This document shows positions 39,306-52,145 of a stretch of 64,000 nucleotides of DNA, one piece after another. The position numbers and the translations under genes were made by a program. Below the pieces are notes generated by a model. The model searched no databases and was not told where the DNA came from. It was given only the letters and a program-made list of their open reading frames with translations. The stretch comes from the human T2T-CHM13v2.0 reference genome, Homo sapiens, in NCBI RefSeq assembly GCF_009914755.1, contig NC_060932.1; one strand, given 5' to 3'. Every line of letters begins with the position of its first letter. The stretch's first letter is position 1.

Positions 39306-39800
39306 GGTGATGGGCTGAAAAATGACCCCCAAAGATATCCAGGCCATAAGCCCTGGAACCTGTGGCTGTTACTTTCCATGGCAAAAGGAACTTTGCTAAT
39401 ATGTTTAACATCTTGCAATGGGAAGATTATCCTGGATTATCCAGTGAGTCCTAAATACAATCACAAGTACCCCTAATAAGGGGGAGGTAGATGGAGATTT
39501 GACACAGAGAAAAGGAGGCAACATGAAAAAAGTAGAGAGAAATTTGACAGTGCTCTGCTACTGGCTTCGAAGGTGGAGGAATGAGACATAAACCAAGGAA
39601 TGCGACTTGAAAGCTGGAGTGACAAGGGAGTCAATCCCCTCTAGAGCTTCTGGAGGGCAGCACTGCCCTGCTAACACCTGGATTTCAGCCTAGTGACACG
39701 AATTTTGGATTTCCGGCCTCCAGAACTGTAAGAGAATAAGTCTGTGTTCCTCCAAGCCACTAAATTTGTGGTAACTTGTTACAGCAGCCACAGGAACCTC
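39306..39800 (+). mobile_element. MLT1D-type solo LTR
   Basis: atgacccccaaagatatcca...gattatcctggattatccagtg...ggcctccagaactgtaagagaataa...ttgttacagcagccacaggaa. Confidence 0.88.
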
Positions 39801-39984
39801 CTGCTGAATTCCTCGGGTAGGTTTCCCACGGCTGGCTGCTCCTTCTTACTCAGGTCTCCATTCAAATGGTGCCATCTAGATAGGCCCCAACTGACCAAAA
39901 ATCAAAGGACCTGCCTCCTCCCCCAAGCCACCTTTTGTCATCCAGCCTATTTAGTTTCTCACCTGGAACGGTCCTGTTTGTGCA

Positions 39985-40160
39985 TTTTTTTTTAGTCTAA
40001 AAAAAAAAACGGGATACATGTACACAAGGTGCAGGTTTGTTACATTGGTATATGTGTGCCATGGTGGTTTGCTGCACCTATTGACTTGTCCTTTAAGTTC
40101 CCTCCCCTCAATCCCCACCCCTTGACAGGCCCTGGTGTGTATTGTTCCCCTCTCTGTGTT
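39985..40160 (-). mobile_element. L1PA8-like 3' end fragment inside an L2 tail
   Basis: aaaaaaacgggatacatg...gcaggtttgttacat...gctgcacctattgac...taagttccctcccctc. Confidence 0.85.
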
Positions 40161-40464
40161 CTCTTGCTTTTTGGTTCTCTCCCCTCACTAGATTGCGTTT
40201 CGTAAGGACAGAGACATTGTGTGTCTTGTTCACCACCCAATCTCAAGAGCCTAGAAGAGTGCCCAGCACATCACAGGGCTCCATGGAAGGTTGTTAATTG
40301 AACATATACTTTGAATATGCAGAAACTATAGCTCAAAGCTGCCCCAAGCCACCCAGTGAGGAAATGACAGATCTGGAGCTCAGACTTAGCCACCAAGTTC
40401 TTCCCTCTGCCTACCACTGCAAGGGGTCTCATTAACAGCTCCAGCTCCCTCTTGGAAGAGGCGA

Positions 40465-40705
40465 ATGATACAGGGGTTGAGAGCATAAACTCTGCAGGGA
40501 GAGCAAATGGGTTCTCATCTTGACTATGCCATGAACTAGCTGCTTGATTTGGGGCAACCAAATGCACTTGTCTGTACCATCATGGGGAGAATGATAGGAC
40601 CTAATTTACAGGATTGTTGTGAGAATGGAGCAGTTAACCACAAGGAAAGCACCTACTTTAGCCCTGGCACATCATCCTATAAGGAAAGATTAGCTCTTCC
40701 TATTA
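40465..40705 (+). mobile_element. MIR SINE
   Basis: ggttgagagcataaactctg...ctgtaccatcatggggagaatgataggacctaatttacaggattgttgtgagaat. Confidence 0.75.
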
Positions 40706-42557
40706 TTCTATGCCATTCCCAAAGGCAAAGCCATGAACCTCTAGTTTATGCTAAGCACAGAAGAGAGAGATTTGAATAAACTAACTTCTAAAGTCTAAGT
40801 GCAAGCACTAAGCCCAGAAGAAGGGGGAAAAAAAGGGAGGAAGCTCAGTAATTTGAACAACTGGATAATAATGGACTGAGCACTTTGGTGTGGAGAAGAA
40901 CCTCTTCAAATGGACACCGATGGGCTGTCACAGTTTTATTCTCGGGTTATGGTTAACAGTAGGGATCTCAGCATAGAAATATTACTGCCCTGGGATGCCC
41001 ACTGTAGCATTCTTCAGTGGTTTTCTACCATGCCACTGTGAAACCCCCAGTATGTTTTCCATCAAGATCTACTCTGAATGAAATGATGCCAATGTGGCTA
41101 ACGTACTCCTCGGGCCCACAGAATGGCACATGGAGAAGGGGTCTCTGGGACGGCAGAGAGAAGTTCCACAGCTTCAACTGGTGGCCATGAGGTTCCACTT
41201 GGCTGGGAATTGTGAGACTGGGAGGGACCCATTGTCTCAGCAGAGGGCTCAGTGCCTGCCTATGGCTAAGAACATGGATTTGGGTTCCTAGATTCTATGT
41301 TAGGACTTTAGAAACCTTTAAAAGACACATGCTTTTTCAAAAAGAGAGAGATAAAGTCAGAGAGATTGAGGTTTTTTAAAATGTTTTTATTGTTGCTAAA
41401 ATCATTGGAATACCAGGGCTTACATGTGGCAATGAAGTTGCTAATTTGCACACCCCATCCCAAAACACATGCCTCCCACTTGGAGAGGAAGCCTGTCCCA
41501 CTGGGTTGTGTGGCAAAGAGGGGAGATTAGATTGCTCTGCTGTACAGAGATAGATCCCAACTGGAGGAGAAAAGAAGGAATTGAGGCAAGAAGCATAGTT
41601 AATTCTCCCAAATCCAGCCTTCAGGCAAGCCACTCCCTCTTACATGGGGATGAGTGAGTCAGAGGAGAGTGATGGAGCAAAATCCTCTGTGGAGGCTGCT
41701 CCACTGGAAAGATTAGGAAGGAAGATAGGTGTCACCTACCTAATCTTTTGGAGTATCATTTTTATTATCTTTAAAATAATACCCACATCACAGCATTGGA
41801 GTGAAGACAAAATATAAGAAATGCAAAGTAATTTAGCACAGCATCTGGCAGATAGTATGTATACCATAAGTCATTAATATATTTATTTGTATCTTTACAT
41901 ATGAGGGAAGGACTTGAATGCACCATTAGATGAGAAGAGAACTAGTATGTTTTGAGAACTTTCTATATTTCAGTTACATGCACCCTAATTTATTCCCTAC
42001 TCAGAACAAAGCAGTAAGGTGATAATGTTCTTTTTTACAGGTAACAAAACTGAGGCTGAGAGGAAACATGGACAAGTAATTGAATGGGGGTCAGAACAGA
42101 TCCACCCACTTTCCACTGCCAAAGTAAAAAGAAGACTCAGGTGGTACAATGTTATTCAGGAGAGGAAGTGATGGGCTAGAAGGAACAGCCCATTACAGAG
42201 CACTTCAGTTTGAGGAGACAATATTGGCTAAGAACAGGGCTTAGAGAGGGGCACTGCAAAGGGTGGTAAAGGCCACTGGGTAAGAAGGCTCCTGAGGTCG
42301 AGGTGCTGATGGGTTCTCACCATGGGCATGAACATCTTCTGGAAGGAGATTGAAAGTGGCATGCAGGAAAACACCAACTGGCAAGTAGACAGATTTTGAA
42401 GGATTTTCAGCAGTAGTCTGGGTAAATAACAGATGACTACATTGAGATGCATGCAGAAAAGCAGGATGAGAATTAGGTTATATATCTGTCAATGAAGCAA
42501 CACTCTGCAAAGACTCACTATGCCCTCAGTCTCTGTTTCTCCAAATACTCATTACAT

Positions 42558-42762
42558 ACCATCCATTCATCCATCCACCCACCCACCCATCTACCCACCC
42601 ACCCATCTACCCATCTACCCACCCATCTACCCATCCACCCCCCCACCCATCCACCCATCCATTCACCAACCCATCTACCTATCCACCCACCCATCTACCT
42701 ATCCACCCACACATCTACCCATCTGCCCACCCACACATCCACCCATCCACCCATCCACCCAT
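42558..42762. repeat. (CCAT/CCAC)n degenerate tetranucleotide repeat at an L2 tail
   Basis: Read directly; source of the H/P/T-rich ORFs at 42492 and 42520. Confidence 0.95.
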
Positions 42763-43840
42763 TTAGTAAGCATTGTATGATTGCCCCATATTCATTAGGT
42801 GCTGTACTGGATGTTGAGGTTTTGGCAGAGAATACACAAACAAGGGTCCTGCTGTCAGAGGGCCCCCACCATCCAGTGAGAAAGACAGATGTGAAACTAG
42901 AAATGACTCTAAATGGAGTCCTGGGTCATGCTAGGAAGTGCACAGGGGACTCTGTAAGCACAGAACAAGGGATCTAAAGTGAAATGTCAGAGAGGCTGTT
43001 TCTGAAAGCGTTGTTTATATTAATTCCTGAAGGACAAAGAGCAGTTATGCAGATGAAGAGTCAGGAAGGAGCCTGTACCAAGGACAAAAGGCAAACGGAA
43101 AGGTGGTGTGTCCAAGAAAACGAAAGTTCAGTGCGGTGGCACCACAAAGTCAAGGGGCCCAGGCATAAGCGAGAACCCTGCAGAAGTAGGTCAGTTTAGG
43201 CAGGGTCTTTTGAGGCATGTTAAAGAGGTTAACCTCAGAGCAATGGGAAGCCTTTGAAGTATCTCAAGCAGACAAGTGGTATAAACTGATATAGTTTTGC
43301 TGTGTCGCCACCTAAATCTCAACTTGAATTGTATCTCCCAGAATTCCCACGTGTTGTAGGAGGGACCCAGGGGGAGGTAATCGAATTATGAGGTCTGGTC
43401 TTTCCCATGCTATTCTCCTGATAGTAAATAAGTCCCATGAGATCAGATGGGTTTATCAGGGGTTTCTGCTTTTGCCTCTTCCTCATTTTTCTCTTGCTAC
43501 CACCATGTAAGAAGTGCCTTTCACCTCCTGCCATGATTCTGAGGCCTCTCCAGCCATGTGGAACTGTAAGTCCAATTAAACCTCTTTTACTTCCCAGTAT
43601 TTATCAGCAGCATAAAAACAGACTAATACAAACCATATCTGCACATTAGGATGGTCATTTTGACAGATATGTGGAGAATAAGAACATGACTTGAAACAAA
43701 ATCAGTCAGGATGTTAGAGATGATGTTGGCCTGCACAATTACAATGATGTGGAATTGAGAGAAGCTTCCAGAGTTGAGAGCTATACAGGAAGTCAACTAA
43801 TAGGACTCAGGGATTGGCGAACTATGGTAGGAGTAAGAGG
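42763..43840 (-). mobile_element. L2, interrupted by a THE1 LTR
   Basis: aggtgctgtactggatgttgagg...cagagcaatgggaagcctttgaag; resumes after 43630. Confidence 0.7.
43287..43630 (+). mobile_element. THE1A-type solo LTR
   Basis: tgatatagttttgctgtgtcgccacctaaatctc...gtttatcaggggtttctgcttttg...cagactaataca. Confidence 0.92.
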
Positions 43841-44071
43841 CCTCCCACCCTTCTCAACTCACACTTCACTTTTATATCCTGATTTTTTAACTATCTTTTT
43901 CTTCAACATCACCCTGTCAGGTCAAAGGATGGGAATTACCAGCTTCATTTTGATGATGGGAAAACTAGGATGCTGACAGTTTAAATAGAGTCATTTCTCC
44001 TTACTGCTCTTCTTTGCTGGGTAGGATTACAGCTTCTGAGCTATTTTCTAAGGGAATATCTTTTCCTCATG

Positions 44072-44432
44072 TGTATGAGACAGGTTAGCTGTTCATCACA
44101 CTTTTTTCCATGCAGATGGACTACATGTCCCAGCCTGCCATGCAGTTAGGGGTGATCATGTGACTGAGTTCTGGCCAATGAAATATGCACATGTGATATA
44201 TGTCATTTCCAGGCTACTCCCCTATCTTCTAATGGGAGGTGAATGCCCAGCATGACCTCAGAAGCCAGAGAGCCAAACAAAGGTTTAGGGTCTCTGAATA
44301 ACTAGGCAATTCAGTTTATCCTCCCTCCGCTTGCTGCCAAATGGACAAATGGTGAGCAAACTTTTATTGTGTTAATCCACTGAGATTTGAGGGTTTATCT
44401 ATCAAAAGAGTAGCATTACCTCAACTGATGCA
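44072..44432 (+). mobile_element. MLT1I/J-type solo LTR
   Basis: gcagttaggggtgatcatgtgactgagttctggccaatgaaat...ttattgtgttaatccactgagatttgaggg. Confidence 0.8.
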
Positions 44433-44854
44433 ATTTCCAAATTTTCTAGTCCTCCACATGTTATTTTATCTGAGGAAATGCCTCAGATAAAGAAAATGCC
44501 CCTTTGACAGCAATATTTTCTTAGGATGAACGTTAATGTTGGTTAGCATTGTTCCCTTATATTGGCAGCTCATGATTTCTGTGGGTATTTTTGAGGAGCA
44601 CCACATACGCTATATATGATGCTGCAGGGTCTCCAGGAGCTCTAAACATGCTCCTAGAGCATCCGTTTATGAAAACCAGTCAAGGAAGATATTCTTCATG
44701 CTTCTGAGTGTTATGAAATGCCTGCAGTGTGCTTCCTGCAATGCCTTCCAGAGCTCTTGGCTCTGGAAATCCTGTTCTGAAAGACCTTGGTTTCCGGAGG
44801 AACCAGTACTGCAAACAGTTACGACTCAGAATGGTTAATGCTTTGACAGAGTAC

Positions 44855-45268
44855 ATTATTAGTCAACTTTTTACTGTGGCATCACCAGACAATGAACAAT
44901 CCTCAGATCCCAGTGTCCTAACAACAGACATTCATCTATTTTCACAGGTCTGCAGAGAGACTGTATTTGGCTGATCTTGGGTGGATTTGCCTGAGCCTGG
45001 TTAATTCCAGGCTTCAGGTTGGGGTCAGATCTGCTCCACATCTCTACATTCCAGGACTCAGGTAGAAGAGGCAACATCTGCATAGGGAAACCTTCTGTGC
45101 CTCTTACAAGCCCTTGCTCAGAGGGGCACACTGTCACTTCTGCCCACATTCTTTTGGCCAAAGAAAATCACGTGACTAAGTTCAACATCAAAGGGCCAAG
45201 AAAGCATATTCTTTGGAGGCTGGTGAGAGAGAGTGAGTACGTGCTGAACCATAATCTAGTCTACCAAA
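44855..45268 (-). mobile_element. MLT1J-type solo LTR
   Basis: ggttggggtcagatctgctccaca...cactgtcacttctgcccacattcttttggccaaag. Confidence 0.8.
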
Positions 45269-45459
45269 CAGAGCATATATACCGCATAATTAGCAGTAAC
45301 AGCATAGGGAAGGGGGCATCCATTGGCCTGGGGAAGTCAAGAATGGCCAGGCAAGGGAGGGAACATTAGATTTAAAACTTGTGAGACCAATGGAATTAGG
45401 CCAATTGGAAGGACAGAAAGAATTCATTTCAGGCAAAGGAAACAGTATGTATGGTGTTG

Positions 45460-45995
45460 GCAATACTATCTGTGAGAGTAAGCATTTGGAAGCTCTCTAA
45501 ACATCCATCAATAAGAGATTTGTTTAAAAAATACACAGAATGACTAAACTGTGGAATACCATGCATGAGTTAAAAAAGAATTAAATTAACTTGTATAAAA
45601 CGACAAAGAAATATTTTCAGGACACATTGTTAAGTGAAAAAAACAAACTTCAGGACAGTGCATGGAAGATAACATCATGTAAATAAATCCTATACATGAA
45701 CACAATAAAAATGCTTTATATACAGATAGATATGTGTGTGTGTATGTATGTGTGTATATATACACACTCAGAGAGAGAGAGAAAGAGATTGAGAGACAGA
45801 AAAAAAGATAGAGGGGTTTTTGTATATGTAAAATCATACCCTTTCCAAGAAACCATCAAGAGGAACACACATCAAATGGCCAGCGCAGCTAGAGATGAGG
45901 TCTCTAGAGACTGCTGAGTGCTGTCCAGGGGGGACTCTAGCTTTCTCTGCAAAGTTATCACTTTTTACCAAAAGACGTGCTTGTTTGTAACCATT
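45460..45995 (+). mobile_element. Old L1ME/MC 3' UTR fragment
   Basis: taaacatccatcaataagaga...tggaataccatgca...ttgttaagtgaaaaaaacaa. Confidence 0.7.
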
Positions 45996-47507
45996 TCACT
46001 AAACAGGCTAGGGATGACAGGATACAAGCAAACAATGCCTTAACCCGTGTCCTCCACTAAACTTGCTGTCTTGAATCCTCTTTCCCTGCCTGCAGATGGA
46101 CCTCAGGCAGGTTCCAATCACTGTGGTCACCGCTAAACAATAAAACATCCTCCGGTCACTTTGTCATAGGAATGGTCCTGGTTTTTAACAATTTAAACGC
46201 ACCCAGTGTCATAATCAAAACCATGTCTTGTCCTATGTCACGCTTCCCCCGACACTGCAAACCCCAGGCCTGTCATAGGAGAGGGGAATGTGAGTGGGAT
46301 ATTTTTCTCTGTCCCTCACTCACCCACTCTCCAATTTCTTAGCAGCTCTTTCTAATACCAGCAGGAAATGGAGAAGACAAGGTGATGAGGGGCAAGGGCA
46401 CAGGACAGTGTGGAGGAGACAAAACCCAGAATCTGTTCCCCCTGGTGGTAGCAGATGCACATTGGAGGCTCTTTCTGTCATGGGTGCTTCTATGCAGACT
46501 CTGGAGAGCCCCTTCCCCAGGGGGTACCTCCAACTACAGCTTTTGTTGCAGAAATAGCTGCTCATCTCTCAGCCTACTTGCAACCTGGGCTCTAGTGTCC
46601 CAGCTCTCCACTGAGCTCCCACTGCTGTCCTCTGGAGTTGGACCCCACGTAACTCTTCTTGGTTTGCAGAAACACTAGTGTATTTGGGTCCCATTTTAGG
46701 GTAAAGGGCAACTCCCAACATTGCAGCACCTCTCCTTCCCTACTCCCAAATAGGCCACCTGCCACACCCTTGCTCCTTGTGTCTCCCCAGATGGGATTCA
46801 CACACCAGGCCTTATGATTCCTGAATTCCAGGAGACACTAGGCCAGCTCTCTGATTTTCCTCCATGAAGCCCCCCTGACTCAGCCTGAGGTAAGGACCAA
46901 GTGCAGAGGAAAAGAGAAATCAGTAGGGGTGCACACACCAACGCTTCCTGCAGATAAATCCCTTCCAATGGTTCATGCCACCTCTTCAGACGGTGGACGG
47001 ATGGCTTCCAGTGATAATGAGCAGAGTTCCCATCTCTTAGCATCTCTGCGTAAGTGACCCAACATCCCACGTTAGGGTGTGGATGACCTGGACATCAACT
47101 GCATTAGCCTTTGGTTTCTCAGCCAAAACTGAGACAACTAGTCCTTTTTTAATACCCTCTTATACCAGTATAATGTAATAATCAAAGACTAAAAGATTTA
47201 AGTGAGAAAGAGAAGCACAGGAAAAAGATCAGAGGTCTAAATATGCTTCTCTCCTCACCTCACACTACATATACACACACACACACATGCATACATACAC
47301 ACATGCACACACATGCTTGCACATGCTCACACAAACACAAAAGACCAGGAGAGATAAAAGTTCTGATAAGCTCTGAAAACAAGGAAAAGTTCAAATTTGT
47401 GAAAAATAAAGAATCAAGAAGAGTTCAGATGGATGTGCAAGATTTATACCAAGTCCAAACATGGCTTCCAAATGTCTTTTAAAAGATATATAATACCTAA
47501 AAGAAAT

Positions 47508-47690
47508 GGCCGGGCATGAAGGCTCATGCCTGTGATCTCAACACTTTAGGAGGCTGAGGCAGAAGGATCTCTTGAGGCCAGGAGTTCAAGGTTACAGTAA
47601 GCTATGATTGAGCCACTGTGCTCCAGCCTGGGTGACAGAGCAAGACTCTGTCTCTAAAAAAAAAAAAAAGAAAAAGAAAAAGAAAGAAAG
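47508..47690 (+). mobile_element. Monomeric Alu (left-arm start joined to right-arm end, J-type)
   Basis: ggccgggcat...acactttaggaggctgagg...ggagttcaag|gttacagtaagctatgattg...agactctgtctct plus A-tail. Confidence 0.88.
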
Positions 47691-48164
47691 AATTATTTGG
47701 TATTTTGACAAAACCCAAAAGTCTGGGGAATTGGAAATTAGAGTTTGATCAGGTTTTACTTACTATATAAAATTCATTATTTTTGAGCATGCATTCCCAT
47801 GGTAAGCCTTTCCACCTTGGTTGCTGGCAAAGCTGCTCTGGGCTATCTAAAATGTGAGTTGATGCAGCATGCCACTCGTGGTTGGGCTGAAAGAGAACCA
47901 AAATGCTGCCATGACATCAGACCATTTGGGGGCCATGCACAGAGCACCTCACCCTTAATTCTGGGTTTCATCCTATCACCACCTCACCAGTAGTGCTGAA
48001 AGTCTTGTTTCCGAAGTGTGATTATTTCTGTACTTCATCATACAATGTTCCCCAAACACAGTCTGCTTGCCCTGGCTCCCCACCCAGGATTCTGATTTGG
48101 TGCCTTTTGTACACCCAGCTTCTCAACCGGGACTATAACTCAACCTGTTTGACCCATTCTGTGT

Positions 48165-48994
48165 GTTTTTCCTCTTGACACCAAATACTTCTTATTTTCC
48201 ACACTAATAATTGATTATCCAGTTCCTCCACACCAATTGGTGCCCAACAATTCAATTCAGTTCCAACACTAACTACCCAGAGTTAGCAGAAGCCACAGGT
48301 AAAGGCTCAGTCCTACAAGACTGTCCCACTTCCAACTCCAGCCACAAATGGAGTTTCCAGACTACCCACATTTCTTCCCGGCCAACTATAAATTTGGAGG
48401 TTCCCACGACCCCCTCCTCAGGTTTGATAATTTGTAAGAACTCACAGAACTCAGGAAAATGCTTTCCTAACGTTTTCAGTTTATTATAAAGGATGGAACC
48501 CAGGGACAATCCAATGGAAGAGATGCATAAGGCAAGGTATGAGGGTGAGGGAAAGCGCAGAGTTCCCCTAATTGATTAGGCAAATCACCCTCCCCGCACA
48601 TGGATGTGCACACCCACCCAGAAGCTCCCACACCCTGTCTGTTAACGGTTTCTATTGGGGTATCATTATGTAGGCATGATTAATTAAGGCATTGGCTATT
48701 GGTGATTGAACTCAACCTCCAGCCTCTCTTCTCTCCCTGGGCACTGGGGGTTGGAGCTGAAAACTCTCACCATGAAATCACTGAGTTGGTTTTTCTGGCA
48801 ACCAGCCCCCATCCTGAAGCTATCTAGGGCCCTCAAGGAGTTGCCTCATTACCACAAACTCAGGTGTGGCCAAAAGGGTTTCATTATGAATTTAAGAAAA
48901 GACATTTATCTCTTTAAGGAAATTCCAAGGATTTTTGTTGCTCTGTGCCAGGAACCTGAAACAAAGACCAAATAGATCTTTTTATTACACCACA
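48165..48994 (-). mobile_element. MER21-type ERV LTR
   Basis: aattcaattcagttccaacactaactacccagagttagc...gttcccacgaccccctcctcaggtttgataatttg...gtgccaggaacc...aaagaccaaat...ttattacaccaca. Confidence 0.88.
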
Positions 48995-49909
48995 CAGGCC
49001 ACACAGCCAGCCTCCTTCCCTAATGGATCCTGCCCTGCTCTCCAAATCCTGGGTTTTACTGCAGATTTTCATTTCCGGAAACATGCCTTGCCTTTTCCCC
49101 TCCTGGTCTTCACCATTGACCATTGACCTTCACCAGCCCCTCTTGCTAGTTTGCTTTGCCCCTCAGACCCAATCCTCTTAAATGCTGATACCAGCTCAGG
49201 TCAAACCTGAGGCCACCACATCTCTGTCTCCCAGCCTGCTCCCTCTGAAGGTTCCCTCCCCTCCAGAGTGGATGCTCATAATATAATCCGAGTAGAACCT
49301 GCAAGGGAAACTGCCTCAGCTAGCACAGATAAGCACCTGGCACTTAACACCCATATTATCAAGATTTGTCAGTAATCAATTAGGCAAAACAAGAGCCTCT
49401 TGGGAGGCTGGTTTCTGTGTATCCAAAATAACAGTTTTCCAAAGCTGATCTCATTCTTTGTTTTTCTCGCTTTTTAAAAAATTTTTCCTGCAGGAAAAGT
49501 AATACATTCATAATGTTTTTTTAAAAGGATGATTAAAGTAAATATCACCTGCTATTATTCACCCCAGAGAGAAGAGCAGTTATCACTGTAACCATTTAGA
49601 GTATTTATTTCCATTGCATGGATGCACCGTGATTCCTTCCACAACCCTCCTACTTTGGACTGTTTCTTTAACATAGCTCTCAATAATTAGGGTCCTTGCT
49701 GTAATCACCCAAGAATCTTTCACTTAATGCCACTTATATATGGTCATTGCTGTAAGAAAATATCATTTCATGGGCCATTAATGGGCTTAACAGTTTTATT
49801 TTAAAAAGTAAAAATCCTCTCACTTAATATTTTTTAAGTGGGGTTGAAGGAAAAGCAATATGCCATGACCCCTCATTTCACTCCAGCTAATATTTATTTA
49901 ACACCTTCC

Positions 49910-50110
49910 TGGGCCTGATTCCCTGTGCAGGCTGTGCTATTTGACTCACCCAGCAATCCCACCAGCTAGGCATTGCTGCCTCTCAGAAAGAGAAGTGAGT
50001 TCAACAAGGCTAAGTTACTTTGCAGATCTCACAGTATTAAGAAACTGCAGAGCCATGGTTCAACCCAAGCTGGGTCTGACACCAGAATCTGAGCTCTTTC
50101 CACTGTAACA
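49910..50110 (-). mobile_element. MIR SINE
   Basis: aggctaagttactttgcagatctcacag...gcagagccatggttcaacccaagc...ctgagctctttccact. Confidence 0.7.
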
Positions 50111-50154
50111 GGCAGCCTCAGATAAGCCAATGGAAAAAAAAAAAAAAAAAACTC

Positions 50155-50395
50155 AGTAACTATGGTTAAGAACACTGAGTCTGGAGCCAGGCTCTTGGAT
50201 TGAGTGGCTCCCTCTGGCATAAGCAAGCTGTTAAGTTAGCCTGTCAGTGTCTCTGTCTCCTCAGCTGTAAAATGAGAATAATAACAATAGTGACCCCATC
50301 AGATTGTTTGAGAATTAGATCGTGCACATAAAGCCCTTTGAAGGGGCCTGGCACACACAGCAAGCATTGAGTACACACAACCACTGTTGTTATCA
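50155..50395 (+). mobile_element. MIR SINE, full length
   Basis: tggttaagaacactgagtctggagccag...ctgtaaaatgagaataataacaatag...gcctggcacacagcaagcatt. Confidence 0.88.
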
Positions 50396-50679
50396 CCAAC
50401 TCCTTAGCACCGAAGCTTCCACGACAGAACCAGCTGTGCATGTTTCACATACAGTGTGGGGACATTAACATGCCCTCCAGGACTCTCTTACGTGTACTCA
50501 TGGCAATGGGTGTGATCAGGGTTTTCCTATTTAAAAAGTTAATCTTATGTTTCCATGCTTTGTGTATTTGTCTTCTAGCTCATTAAGAACCTTTACAGAA
50601 GAAAATATTCCATCCTTTCTTTTCGCACACAAATGAAGATGTCAGGTATCCTCTCCTCACCTCCCCAACCTACCCCAGC

Positions 50680-51955
50680 TTTTATGATCTGGAACACTCT
50701 TCCAATCCCCCTCTCCTGACCAGCAGCCACCACTTGTTGGAAGCCTTCCCTGATCCCCATCCTCCACTCCCTCCCTCCCCTGACTAGTCACCATGTCTCC
50801 TCTTTGCTTGCACTGGTTTGGGTCCTTACCTTTAAAGCAAATTTTCCTTCTGTCTCAACTGTTTGTAACTTTCTCCCTCCTTCCATTAGACAATATGCTG
50901 ATTGCATTCTAAATGTCAATGAGTTTCATAATACTGTCTCCAACAGAGATGCATCCTCCTCACTCCAGACTCATGCTTATATTGACATACTTGCTATCAC
51001 CACAAGAATGTTGCAGAGGTACTTGAACCCTCCTGTGGTCAGCCATAGCCCTTTATCCTCTGCTGTGAGAACAGAATATCCCAAATAAAATCTGCACCTT
51101 CACACTGGATCCCAGAATGAAGAGGAGACTTGGAACAGGGCCAATGCCATACAGTATGAGCAAGAAATAAAGCTTTGCTGTGGGTGCCACCAAGACATTG
51201 GGGAGATTGTTTCTGCATCTTATTCTAGAGAAAGCCAATTACTATGCCTCTAAATGGTCCCATCCCCATGCACTCGGCTCACATCCACTCTCCCACTGCA
51301 CCAAAGGTGATGTTTTAAAAATACAAACCTGATTCGATTACTCCCCTATTTAAAAGTTTTCAGTGGTTTTCATTGCTCTCAGAATAAACATCAGGGCTTG
51401 ATCATGGCTTTCATGGCTCTCGTCCCAGTATCCCTCTCCAGCCCCATCTCATCCCACTCTGTCTGTCTTGCCTGTGTTGCCATCACAGTGCCCTTTTCAT
51501 TCCTGGAAGGTGTCACATTCCCTCCCACCCAGAGCCTTCGCACATGATGCTTCTTTTTCTTGGAATTCTTCACTTCTTTCTCTCTATATCTACTTAATTC
51601 CTGTTCATCCTTGGGCCTCAGCTCCAAGGAATTTGTATTCATTCAAGGGGTATTTCCTAAGTGCCCACTAATGCCGTGTACTCTTCTAGCCTCTTAGGAT
51701 ACACTGACAACATTTCAACCAACCAGGGAACATTGTTCTTTTGCTTGCATGGTGCCCTGTACTGTTTTACCATGGTCCTTATTGCACATGTAATGACATA
51801 TATGTAGATGTGATCTGTGCTCATTTGAGTAATGACTGTCTCCCTCTAGACTAGATGGTTCATAAAAATGGGGCTTAAATCTGTATGATTCCCCACTGTG
51901 TTGCCTGTGTTTAGTACTGAACTGACACGTGGTAGATTTCATTGAGTATTTTCCA
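50680..51955 (+). mobile_element. L2 fragments with an embedded MLT1 piece (about 51020-51245)
   Basis: ttttaaaaatacaaacctgat...actcccctatttaaaagttttcagtggttttcattgctctcagaataaa; MLT1 end gagcaagaaataaagctttgctgtg. Confidence 0.7.
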
Positions 51956-51969
51956 CGATACAGCACTTG

Positions 51970-52145
51970 CCATGTGGCAAGCATCCCTCATAAGAACCAT
52001 ATGAACTAGGTACCATTATCATCACCATTTTATGATGAAACACACAGACGTTAAATGACTTGTCAAGTTATTCTGCTAATATGGGATGGAGCTGAGGTTC
52101 AAATCCAGGCAGTCTGGCTTCTAAGACCGTGCCCTTCACCACTAT
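51970..52145 (-). mobile_element. MIR SINE
   Basis: aggtaccattatcatcaccattttat...ggagctgaggttcaaatccaggcagtctggcttc. Confidence 0.8.

Noticed and set aside
42492-42977. 161-aa His/Pro-rich ORF
   Set aside because: It is a translation of the (CCAT/CCAC)n repeat plus L2.
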